Shown here piece after piece: positions 8,326 to 16,908 of a stretch of 64,000 nucleotides of DNA (positions within the stretch are counted from its first letter, which is position 1; the number at the start of each line of letters is the position of its first letter). This DNA is from Patescibacteria group bacterium. GTDB lineage: Bacteria; Patescibacteriota; Patescibacteriia; JAHIZJ01. The translations under genes and the position numbers were made by a program. The DNA is taken from NCBI GenBank assembly GCA_041650335.1, contig JBAZLK010000001.1, positions 164,940 through 228,939 of the forward strand, given 5' to 3'. Under the pieces are notes generated by a model. It saw only the letters and a list, made by a program, of their open reading frames with translations. It ran no database searches and was not told the DNA's origin.

Positions 8326-9861
8326 ATGTCAGTGACCATCTATCGGAAATACCGCCCCCAAAAGTTTGACGAAATCCTCGGTCAAAACCACGTAAAAATT
8401 ACGCTTGAAAACGAAATCACCAGCGGTCGTTTGGCGCACGCGTATCTTTTTGCCGGACCGCGCGGCGTCGGGAAAACAACCATCGCGCGGCTTTTGGCTA
8501 AGTCGATCAATTGCCAGAAGCGCAAACCGGATCAAAGCGAACCGTGCAACACCTGCGAAGCCTGCCAGGAGATCATGACCGGCCGATCGCTTGACCTGAT
8601 CGAAATGGACGCGGCCTCACACACCGGCGTTGATAATGTCCGGGAAAATATCATCGAAAACTCGCGCTTTACGCCGACGCGCTGGCCATATAAGATCTTC
8701 ATCATCGATGAAGCGCACATGTTGTCGCTGGCCGCGTTTAACGCCTTGCTGAAAACCCTCGAGGAACCGCCAAAACACATTATTTTTATTCTCTGCACGA
8801 CAGAAATACACCGTTTGCCCGAAACCATCATCTCACGCTGCCAGCGCTTTGATTTCCGGAAAATCGGCCAGGCCGACTTAGTCAAACGATTGAAGACTAT
8901 TGTCGACAAAGAAAAGGTGCGCGTTGACGATGACGTGCTTGCCCGCATCGCCCGCCAGGGTGACGGTTCATCGCGCGACGCCGAGAGTCTGCTCGGCCAA
9001 ATACTGACGCTCGGGGAAAAACACATCACCGCCGATTTGGTTGAACACGTGCTGCCGCGCTCGAATCTCGAATCGGTTATTTCGCTTTTTGAACATATTG
9101 TAAATCGAAACGCCGCCGCTGGATTGGAACTTTTGAATACGCTGGCGGAAGAGGGCGTGAACATCACCCAATTTTTGAAAGAGCTGGTTGACTTCCTGCG
9201 AAAAATTTTATTGATAAAAGTGCACGGCAGTCTGGATATTTTTGCCTCGCTCGAGTTAACCCAGGAAATGGAAAAATCAACGCTGAACTTGTCGAATACG
9301 ATAGAATTGGACCGACTTGTGAAAGCGATTAATTTGTTTATCAACGCCGAGCGCGACCTGAAATACGCTGATATTCCGCAGCTGCCGCTGGAATTGGTCG
9401 TGGTTGAATTGTGTGAGAGTGAAGAGAGCGGTCCGCCGCCAGCACGCCCGCAGACGCCGCCGTCGTACACGCCACCGCCAGCCGCACCGCCAAGCCAGCC
9501 CACGCAACGACCGACCAAAAAAACAGCCCTGAAAATGACCCTGATGGAAATCATCCAGCGCTGGCCCGAGGTGTTGACGCGAGCTCAAGAATCGTATCAT
9601 ACTCTGGTCATGGCGCTGAAAGTGAGCCAGCCAAAAGAAGTGAATGGTGATACCCTGGTACTGGCGAGTCGCTATCCCTTTTATGCCAAACACCTGAAAT
9701 CGCAGCCGATCCGGCCGAAAATCGAACAGCTTTTGGCGGACGTATTCGGTGAACCAATCCGGATTGATACCGTAGTGGTTGAAGCAAATGAAGAACCCGA
9801 ACAAAAACCCGATCTGATTAACCCGTTATTGGAAACGTTTGGCGGGGAGGTGGTCGGATAA
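8326..9861 (+). CDS. dnaX: DNA polymerase III subunit gamma/tau
   Basis: YRKYRPQKF, HAYLFAGPRGVGKTT, Zn-binding Cys cluster, IIDEAHML, FNALLKTLEEPP, SRCQRF, Pro-rich linker. Confidence 0.97.
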   Translation: MSVTIYRKYRPQKFDEILGQNHVKITLENEITSGRLAHAYLFAGPRGVGKTTIARLLAKSINCQKRKPDQSEPCNTCEACQEIMTGRSLDLIEMDAASHTGVDNVRENIIENSRFTPTRWPYKIFIIDEAHMLSLAAFNALLKTLEEPPKHIIFILCTTEIHRLPETIISRCQRFDFRKIGQADLVKRLKTIVDKEKVRVDDDVLARIARQGDGSSRDAESLLGQILTLGEKHITADLVEHVLPRSNLESVISLFEHIVNRNAAAGLELLNTLAEEGVNITQFLKELVDFLRKILLIKVHGSLDIFASLELTQEMEKSTLNLSNTIELDRLVKAINLFINAERDLKYADIPQLPLELVVVELCESEESGPPPARPQTPPSYTPPPAAPPSQPTQRPTKKTALKMTLMEIIQRWPEVLTRAQESYHTLVMALKVSQPKEVNGDTLVLASRYPFYAKHLKSQPIRPKIEQLLADVFGEPIRIDTVVVEANEEPEQKPDLINPLLETFGGEVVG

Positions 9862-9918
9862 CCCTTCGCTTGCGCCAGGAGTGCTGCGTTTTTTTATTTA
9901 ACCCGTTCTGGATAGAGC

Positions 9919-10188
9919 TCCGGGGTCGTCTAATGGTAGGACGCCACCCAGTACCGCATCGGGTACTGGGTGAAGGTTCCTTGCCGCGCACCGCCGCACA
10001 GTATAATATTTATTCATTCGATTTCACAGTTCCGGGGTCGTCTAATGGTAGGACGCCAGGTTCTGGCCCTGGTAATCGGGGTTCGAGTCCCTGCCCCGGA
10101 GCTGTGCAATTGAATAATATACCTTAAGACTTTATGTGGCTGGTGTGGGGTGGCCCTGGTAATCGGGGTTCGAGTCCCTGCCCCGGAG
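9919..10188 (+). tRNA. Outer, interrupted tRNA-Gln(CTG): pieces 9919-9945, 9974-9979 and 10151-10188, separated by 28-nt and 171-nt inserts
   Basis: The three pieces joined are identical to the 71-nt inner tRNA. Whether it is processed to a functional tRNA is unknown. Confidence 0.5.
10031..10101 (+). tRNA. tRNA-Gln(CTG), intact; CCA not encoded
   Basis: Acceptor stem TCCGGGG/CCCCGGA, D arm GTC-TAATGGTAG-GAC, anticodon arm CCAGG-TTCTGGC-CCTGG, T loop GTTCGAG, discriminator G. Confidence 0.96.
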
Positions 10189-10227
10189 CTCTGTCCAGAA
10201 ATGTCTAAACTTTAACGTGAGAATTAT

Positions 10228-11154
10228 ATGTATGACCTTCTTATTCTCGGCGGATCAGCGGCGGGCGCCAGCGCGGCGATCTATGCCGCTCGCGCCAAAT
10301 TGAATTTCAAAGTCATCACCAAGGATCTCGGCGGCGAGGTTGCTAACTCAGGGGAAATCGGCAATTATCCCGGTTTTAACGTGACCAACGGCGTAGAACT
10401 TTCCGAAAAATTCGCTGAGCAGATGCGCTTTAATCAGGTTGATATTGAAACAGGTGTATACATCGAACGGATTGTCCGCAATGGAAAAACATTTGTCGTA
10501 ACCGCGAAAGACGATAGTGAACAATCAAAAACCTATGAAGCCAAAGCAATCATCCTGGCTACCGGCGCTCGACCGCGCCACTTAGGCGTCCCGGGTGAGC
10601 AAGAATACTACCAGAAAGGATTGTCTTATTGCACGACCTGCGACGGTCCGCTCTATCGTCGAAAAATCGTGACGACAATCGGCGGCGGCAACTCCGCGCT
10701 TGAGTCGATCCTGATGATGTCGAATTTGGCAAGCCGGGTTTATTCGATAAACATCAATCCGGAGTTTACCGGCGAAAAAGTATATATCGAGAAAGTGAAA
10801 AACCTGCCGAATGTCGTTTTAATTCCCAATGCCCAAACAACCACCATTGTTGGAAACGCCGCAGTCAGCGGAGTTGAGTATTTTGAGAAGGCCAGCGGAG
10901 ATAAAAAAGTTATCGAGACGCAGGGCGTATTTATCCATATCGGAATTCTTCCAAACTCCGACATGGCGAAAGATCTCGGGGTGACGAATAAATTTGGATT
11001 CATCGAAGTGAATACGCTCATGCAGACTGCGGTGCCCGGTTTCTTCGCGGCCGGCGATATCGTTAATATTCCATACCAGCAGATTGCGATCGCGACCGGG
11101 CAGGGGACGACGGCGTTTCTTTCGGCTCAGGCCTATCTGAATAAATGGCAATAA
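10228..11154 (+). CDS. trxB: Thioredoxin-disulfide reductase
   Basis: LIILGGSAAG, ILATGA, GLSYCTTCDG (CxxC), IGGGNSA, FAAGD. Confidence 0.9.
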   Translation: MYDLLILGGSAAGASAAIYAARAKLNFKVITKDLGGEVANSGEIGNYPGFNVTNGVELSEKFAEQMRFNQVDIETGVYIERIVRNGKTFVVTAKDDSEQSKTYEAKAIILATGARPRHLGVPGEQEYYQKGLSYCTTCDGPLYRRKIVTTIGGGNSALESILMMSNLASRVYSININPEFTGEKVYIEKVKNLPNVVLIPNAQTTTIVGNAAVSGVEYFEKASGDKKVIETQGVFIHIGILPNSDMAKDLGVTNKFGFIEVNTLMQTAVPGFFAAGDIVNIPYQQIAIATGQGTTAFLSAQAYLNKWQ

Positions 11155-12128
11155 AGAAGACATCCCAGACTCATCAAATAGCGGGCGAGGCGCATAAACC
11201 TCGCCTGCGTCCGTATCGAGTGACGCTTTTTCAGAAGCGCATTTTTCAGTGGTATGCGGTTGAACGGCGCGATTTGCCGTGGCGTCGGACAAGGGATCCG
11301 TATCGGATCCTTGTTTCGGAAATAATGCTTCAGCAGACGCCGGTCGCGAGAGTAGTCGACAAATACAGTCAGTTCACCCGGAAATTCTCGAGTCTTCACG
11401 CACTGGCCCGAGCGCCACGGCGCCAGGTTCTGATTGCCTGGTCGGGTTTGGGGTACAACCGGCGAGCGCTCCAGCTCCAGGCCGCGGCCACGATGGTGAT
11501 AAAAAAACATCACGGCGTATTCCCCAGAACGCGTACTGAGTTGCTGGCCCTGCCCGGCATTGGCGAGGCCACAGCTGGCTCGATCTTGGCGTTTGTCTAT
11601 CGCCAAGACGCCTTGGCATTGGACGTAAATCTGAAGCGGATCATTCAGCGTTTTTTCTACGGCTCGGAATATCGGCAACCGCAAAGCATCCAGGCTATCC
11701 GCGAAGCCGGCGAGCAGACAATCCCGCCTGGCCAGGGGTATGATTGGAACCAAGCCTTGATGGATTTCGGCGCGCTTGTTTGCCGGGCGCGCCAGCCCCG
11801 CTGTTCAATTTGTCCGTTGAAGGCGCGCTGCCAAGCCAGACCGCAGATTAAACGCGATTTGTTTCAATATGTGAGAACAAGGCGCCCTGAACCAGCGCCG
11901 GCCTCGGCGCCAAATGTGCCGAATCGTATTTTCCGCGGCCGGGTAATCGAGCAATTGCGCCAGGCAAAAAAACACCAATTGCCGTTTGGCGCGCTCGCCC
12001 GGGTAGTGAAAAAAGACTATACCCAAACGGACCAGGGGTGGTTTCTCCGTCTTTTATCGGGTTTGGAGCGGGATGGACTTATTACGCTGGGGCAAAAAAA
12101 TAACCGCCGGTCTGCACGATTGGCGTAA
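11145..12128 (+). CDS. mutY: A/G-specific adenine DNA glycosylase (short form)
   Basis: RDLPWR, PYRILVSEIMLQQT, WSGLGYNRRA, LPGIGEATA (HhH), DVN, and the 4Fe-4S motif CRARQPRCSICPLKARC. Confidence 0.9.
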   Translation: MAIKKTSQTHQIAGEAHKPRLRPYRVTLFQKRIFQWYAVERRDLPWRRTRDPYRILVSEIMLQQTPVARVVDKYSQFTRKFSSLHALARAPRRQVLIAWSGLGYNRRALQLQAAATMVIKKHHGVFPRTRTELLALPGIGEATAGSILAFVYRQDALALDVNLKRIIQRFFYGSEYRQPQSIQAIREAGEQTIPPGQGYDWNQALMDFGALVCRARQPRCSICPLKARCQARPQIKRDLFQYVRTRRPEPAPASAPNVPNRIFRGRVIEQLRQAKKHQLPFGALARVVKKDYTQTDQGWFLRLLSGLERDGLITLGQKNNRRSARLA

Positions 12129-12141
12129 TTCCGTAAGTGTT

Positions 12142-12170
12142 TTGCCGAATCTGGTAAAAAGTGGTAAAAT
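12142..12170 (+). promoter_or_regulatory. Sigma70 promoter
   Basis: TTGCCG-N17-TAAAAT with an extended TG motif, upstream of ATG 12184. Confidence 0.55.
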
Positions 12171-12183
12171 AATCTCGATTTGT

Positions 12184-14118
12184 ATGTCAAAAAAAATACT
12201 GAAATCTTTAATATTTGGCCTTTTCCTGGGTATAATTTTTTTGCCCAGGCTTGTGTCGGCAAAAGAATGGCGCTTCACTGATTGGGCGTCCGTTTTTCTT
12301 GTCCAGACGGACGGCTCGGTTATCGTCCGGGAAACGCGAACGATTGAGTTTAAGGACTCATTTACCTGGGTGGAGTCGTATATATTGAAAAATCGGGTTC
12401 GGAACATCACGGATGTCAAGGTTTTCGATGAGCATAATACTGAGCTCACGGAGCCGGACGCCGTCATCACGGACGAGCCGGACCGCGTGAATATCCGGCT
12501 GAATTTTAGTGCCGCCTATGAAACGAAATCCTGGGTATTCCAATATACGATCATCGGCGGCGTTGGTTTTTTTGAAGATCACGACGAGTTGTATTGGAAC
12601 GTGTTGCCGCTTGACCGTGAAGTGCCGGTTGATGCGGTCACGGCTCAGGTGGTTCTGCCGGAAGCCCCGCCCGAGCTTGCTAATTACAAGCAAACTATCT
12701 ATCTTGGGGCGCTCGGTTCAACGACCGAATCCTTGGACTACACATTCCCAGATGATAAAACCATTGCTTTTCACGGTTCCGATATACCAGCCTATGACGG
12801 CTTCACCATCGTTTCTAGCTGGCCGAAGAATATCGTCCAAGATCCGGGCACGGTCCGGCTTGAAGCGCGATTCGGCGATCAGGCGGTTACCGGCAATGTC
12901 TATATAAATGGTCAGTCGGTTAATGACCAGACCCCGTATGCCTATCAATTACTGCCAGCGGATGGTCCAGAGAAGACCATCTCGGTTACCATTAAACGTT
13001 TTGGCTACGTTGCTGAGACGAAAGATGTAACCGTCCATCGCGGAACGACGCAGGCCTATACCTTCGAGCTCCAAGAGGCGTGGTGGTATCGGGCCGGAAA
13101 ATATCTCTTCGCAATCGTGGCCGTCGGTTTGTGGATATTCATCTTTGTCGCGTTTTGGTTGTATTACCGCCGCTGGAAACGCTATGGCCAAGACCCTCAA
13201 GAGAAAAAAACCATTATCGCCCAATATGAACCGCCGAAGAATATGCGGCCAAGCGAAATGGGTACGGTGATCGATGAAAAAGTGCAGACTCGCGATCTCA
13301 CGACCATGATCGTCGATTTTGCGGTCCGCGGCTATTTAACGATCACCGAAATAGAATCGGGCGTCATAAGAAAAAAGAAAGATTACCTCCTGACAAAGAC
13401 GGGCAAAGCGCCGATCGATCTGCTGGCATATGAACGGCATATGCTGGACAGCCTCTTTTCCGGCGTGGCGGAGGAGAAAATAAGCGATCTTCAAGCCGAT
13501 TTCTACCTCCAGATACCGAAGTTGCGCAGCCTGCTCTATCAGGACGTTGCCGAAAAAGGTTATTTTGAAAAACCACCGGATGCGGTCCGACGCCATTACG
13601 CCTGGAAACCGGCCGTGCTCATGAGTTTTGGTTTTTTGGCCGTTATTTTTGCCAGTGCGATCATGCCTTTGCTTATTACGCTGTTCTTGCCACTTGTCTT
13701 TATCGGTTTGATCGGTTTGATCTTTGCCTTTGTCATGCCAAAGAAGACGGTCCTGGGCGCCGAAGCCCACTGGTGGACCGAGGGTTTTAAGCTGTATCTG
13801 TCCACGGCCGAACGATTCCGGCTGGGCGCGATGACGCCGGAAACTTTTGAAAAATATTTGCCCTATGCCATGGTGCTCGGGGTGGAGAAAAAATGGGCGA
13901 ACCGTTTTAAAGATATCGTCATCCAACCGCCAAACTGGTATCACTCCTCCACGGGTTTGACCGGCGCCTTTGTTCTTACTAATTTTACCGACCAGCTGTC
14001 ATCTTTTTCTACGGCCGCCTCAAGTTCTTTAAGCCACTCACCAAGCTCGTCGTCGTCCGGTTTTTCGGGCGGCTTCTCCGGGGGCGGGGGCGGCGGGGGC
14101 GGCGCCAGTGCCGGTTAA
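12184..14118 (+). CDS. DUF2207 family membrane protein with a PEGA-like insert
   Basis: Signal peptide, HDELYWNV, FEKYLPYAMVLGVEKKWA, Ser/Gly-rich C-terminal tail GGFSGGGGGGGG. Confidence 0.88.
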   Translation: MSKKILKSLIFGLFLGIIFLPRLVSAKEWRFTDWASVFLVQTDGSVIVRETRTIEFKDSFTWVESYILKNRVRNITDVKVFDEHNTELTEPDAVITDEPDRVNIRLNFSAAYETKSWVFQYTIIGGVGFFEDHDELYWNVLPLDREVPVDAVTAQVVLPEAPPELANYKQTIYLGALGSTTESLDYTFPDDKTIAFHGSDIPAYDGFTIVSSWPKNIVQDPGTVRLEARFGDQAVTGNVYINGQSVNDQTPYAYQLLPADGPEKTISVTIKRFGYVAETKDVTVHRGTTQAYTFELQEAWWYRAGKYLFAIVAVGLWIFIFVAFWLYYRRWKRYGQDPQEKKTIIAQYEPPKNMRPSEMGTVIDEKVQTRDLTTMIVDFAVRGYLTITEIESGVIRKKKDYLLTKTGKAPIDLLAYERHMLDSLFSGVAEEKISDLQADFYLQIPKLRSLLYQDVAEKGYFEKPPDAVRRHYAWKPAVLMSFGFLAVIFASAIMPLLITLFLPLVFIGLIGLIFAFVMPKKTVLGAEAHWWTEGFKLYLSTAERFRLGAMTPETFEKYLPYAMVLGVEKKWANRFKDIVIQPPNWYHSSTGLTGAFVLTNFTDQLSSFSTAASSSLSHSPSSSSSGFSGGFSGGGGGGGGASAG

Positions 14119-14160
14119 TGCGTTATTTGTTAAAAAAGCTCACAATATAAATAAAACATC

Positions 14161-15771
14161 ATGAAACGTACGCTCAAACTTTTTCTTCTCCTCGGCGGCA
14201 TCGCGCTTTTTACCGTCGGCTGTCAGCTGCCATTTACAAAGAAAACCGTCACCCTGCCGTTATTAGAAAAGTCGCCCGCAAAAGTAGCCCAGCTGAATAA
14301 GGAAAAAACCGCTGCGATTACCACCAGCCACATTGAAATGACGGCCGACATTACCGGCCGAAACACCAGCACCGCAGCGACCGGCGACATGAGCGGCACC
14401 ATTACGCTGAAGGCGGACACCGACGTCCCTTCTAAGAAAATGCAGGGTTCGCTGACTGGGACAATAAGCGCGTCAAACGCATCGTATAATTTTGGCCTTG
14501 ACCTGCGCTCATTGAATGACGTCGCCTATTTGAGACTGACCACGTTGCCGACGCTGCCCGGCGCCGCGAGCAATGTTTTTTCAGATATAACAAATGTCTG
14601 GTACCGCCTTGATCCGACCGAGCTCCAAAACAGCATATCGGATACATTGGGCGGGATCACCAGTCTCACGCCCGGAATATCGGGAACAAATATCAACACG
14701 AACGGCAATATTAACTCAACAACCAATAGCAATGCGAATTTGAATCTCAACGCCGCCCTGAATACCAATGCGCAGGAAGAAATACTCGAGCGTATCACTG
14801 ATGTAGCGAAGAACGCGAATATCTATTCACTAGGCGATCGTCTGGCCGATGAAAAAGTCAACAATGTAAATTGCTACCACTATAAAATCCTTATAAATTC
14901 GACAGAGATCAGAAAACTCCTGACGGACATCATGGGCGCTGAGGGTGATTTATTCCAAGGGTTTTCGGGTTTCGGCGGAACGACAGTTGATCAGAGCGCG
15001 GCCATCGACGAAGCCATGAAAATTCTGGACGATATGAATGGTGAAATCTGGATCGGGAAAAAAGATTATTATACCCACAAGGTTACGATTAATCTCACCA
15101 CCACTCAGGAGACACAAATTCTTACGGTGAGGGTATCTCTCGTCAGCAGCAATTTCAACCAACCCGTAACGGTCGAGGCGCCGGCTGACAGTAAAAGCTT
15201 CACGGAACTGATGCAAACCGTGATGGCAATTTTTTTCGGAACGCTTCCATCCGATACCAATACGGATTCGACAGATGTCTGGGTGGGTCCAACCTCCGAT
15301 GAACGACAAATAGAGAATATAGAGGCGGTTCAGACGGCCTTGTCACTCTATCATGGTAAAAATGGCGAGTACCCCGACCGTTTGTCGGACGTGACATTGA
15401 TGCTTCAAAACGGCTGCCCGAATATCATAACGGGTGGCTTTGCCTGTGACGTATACACCAGCTTTCGAACGCGCGACGTATTTAACAATCAAACGTACAC
15501 CTACACAAAGACCGGCGATACGTACACGTTGAAATATCAGCTCACGGTTCCTCCCTCGTCTGAATATCAAGCCGGCGAAAATACATTGACGCCGGATTCA
15601 CCAGTAAATGATGATGCGGATCGCGATGGTCTGAATTCCGAGAATGAACTTCTGTATGGTACCGAAAGTAATAAAGCGGACACTGATGGCGACGGCTATT
15701 CTGATGGCATCGAGGTTTTTGATGGATATAATCCGCTCGGTCAAGGTGTCCTGACAAACACATCACTCTAG
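14161..15771 (+). CDS. Surface lipoprotein with Asn-rich linker, pilin/GspG-like helix and TSP3-like Ca-binding repeats
   Basis: Lipobox TVGC, IEAVQTALSLYHGKNGEYP, DADRDGL..DTDGDGYSDGIEV. Confidence 0.75.
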   Translation: MKRTLKLFLLLGGIALFTVGCQLPFTKKTVTLPLLEKSPAKVAQLNKEKTAAITTSHIEMTADITGRNTSTAATGDMSGTITLKADTDVPSKKMQGSLTGTISASNASYNFGLDLRSLNDVAYLRLTTLPTLPGAASNVFSDITNVWYRLDPTELQNSISDTLGGITSLTPGISGTNINTNGNINSTTNSNANLNLNAALNTNAQEEILERITDVAKNANIYSLGDRLADEKVNNVNCYHYKILINSTEIRKLLTDIMGAEGDLFQGFSGFGGTTVDQSAAIDEAMKILDDMNGEIWIGKKDYYTHKVTINLTTTQETQILTVRVSLVSSNFNQPVTVEAPADSKSFTELMQTVMAIFFGTLPSDTNTDSTDVWVGPTSDERQIENIEAVQTALSLYHGKNGEYPDRLSDVTLMLQNGCPNIITGGFACDVYTSFRTRDVFNNQTYTYTKTGDTYTLKYQLTVPPSSEYQAGENTLTPDSPVNDDADRDGLNSENELLYGTESNKADTDGDGYSDGIEVFDGYNPLGQGVLTNTSL

Positions 15772-15798
15772 GTCGTTTAAGATCGCATTAATTAACAC

Positions 15799-16893
15799 AT
15801 GGCAAAGCGCTTAATCATATTCCTGATCGCCCTAGCCTGTTTAGCGGGCTTGGTTTCGCTCTGGCCCCGAACGTCCTCGCCCGGTGGTCAGGTCATGGGG
15901 CGCATCGTCAATCGTCAGCCGATCGGTAATCTGGGAACAACCTGGGAGCGTTCGTATATTTCTGACCGCACGGGGCAGTGGAAAATATTTCTTATCAGCA
16001 ACGATCAAGGCGGGGGGAGCGCGATGATACCGGGCAGCCAGCCGCAGCTACTGCCGACTGAAATTTCAAACGGCCACTGGCTCTACTTCACCCAGGAAGA
16101 GGGGTTTTACAAGCTGTGGCGGTTTACGCCCGACAATAATGCCAGTCAATTTATTTTAGCCCTCCGTCACCAGCCGACCAGTCTCGCGGCAACGCGCGAC
16201 GGTCGTTTGGCGGTCTATACCCTGTCTGAAAGTACGCGTACCGACAACAGCCAGCGCACCTTTTTAGTGAAGCTTGAAGCAGCAGAGGTGAAAGAAATTG
16301 TTTCGGGAGCGCGCAGTTTGATATTTTCGCCCGATAATCGGCGGATCGTATACACCACCACCGAAGGATTGTTTTCCTCGGAGATTTCCCGCGAGCTGGC
16401 CGTCGGCGACCCGCTCTCCATCGCCCCGGGCGATATCTACGCACCGACCTATGCGGCCGACGGCGACAATATTTACTATATTGAAAATGTTGAAGGCGAA
16501 TATTTACTGAACCACCTTGACCTGAGGACGGGAACAATCCAAACACTCATCTCACTTGGCGTCAATCCCGGAATAACCGATTGGTCGCTCGAACTTTCGC
16601 CTGACGGCAAAAAGCTTGTTTATTGTGGTTCGGTGGATAAAAGCTATGTTCATACAGTCATCGGCCGCGTTATGGTCGATGGCAGCGGAGAGAAAATATT
16701 ATCTCAAGACGGCGGCGAAGCCCATTGGTCGAAATCGGGACAGCAGATTTACTTTAATTCGCTTGAGTTTACGTCGCTTGGCCCCCGCTTGCAGATTTGG
16801 CGCATGGACGAAGAGGGAAATAATCGGGAAGCGGTCGCCTGGGAAGGGAATAATTGGCTGAGCCAAGTACCGCGGCCGATCCAGTCGGATTAA
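15799..16893 (+). CDS. TolB-like beta-propeller exported protein
   Basis: Signal anchor and repeated SPDNRRIVY / SPDGKKLVY / WSKSGQQIYF blades. Confidence 0.8.
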   Translation: MAKRLIIFLIALACLAGLVSLWPRTSSPGGQVMGRIVNRQPIGNLGTTWERSYISDRTGQWKIFLISNDQGGGSAMIPGSQPQLLPTEISNGHWLYFTQEEGFYKLWRFTPDNNASQFILALRHQPTSLAATRDGRLAVYTLSESTRTDNSQRTFLVKLEAAEVKEIVSGARSLIFSPDNRRIVYTTTEGLFSSEISRELAVGDPLSIAPGDIYAPTYAADGDNIYYIENVEGEYLLNHLDLRTGTIQTLISLGVNPGITDWSLELSPDGKKLVYCGSVDKSYVHTVIGRVMVDGSGEKILSQDGGEAHWSKSGQQIYFNSLEFTSLGPRLQIWRMDEEGNNREAVAWEGNNWLSQVPRPIQSD

Positions 16894-16908
16894 GTACTGA
16901 ATCGCGTT

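Noticed and set aside
9515-9535. A7 run in dnaX as a gamma-subunit frameshift site
   Set aside because: It reads ACC AAA AAA ACA, which is not a canonical X XXY YYZ slippery heptamer. The run is short for transcriptional slippage, and I saw no clear stimulator.
8532-9554. 340-aa antisense ORF
   Set aside because: Shadow of dnaX on the opposite strand, with no motifs.
9870-10127. 85-aa ORF across the tRNA locus
   Set aside because: It overlaps the tRNA and structured RNA, starts at TTG without support and has no protein-like features.
9980-10150. Group I intron or bulge-helix-bulge intron
   Set aside because: Too little non-tRNA sequence for a group I core, and manual attempts gave no canonical BHB that regenerates the exact tRNA.
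10151-10190. tRNA 3'-end duplicate read as the attR of a prophage or genomic island
   Set aside because: Only 47 nt separate the copies, there is no integrase nearby, and a simple att site does not explain the upstream 5' half or the paired arms. It is covered in the nested-tRNA finding instead.
14040-14115. GGC/TCG-rich low-complexity tract
   Set aside because: It encodes the normal Ser/Gly tail of DUF2207 proteins.
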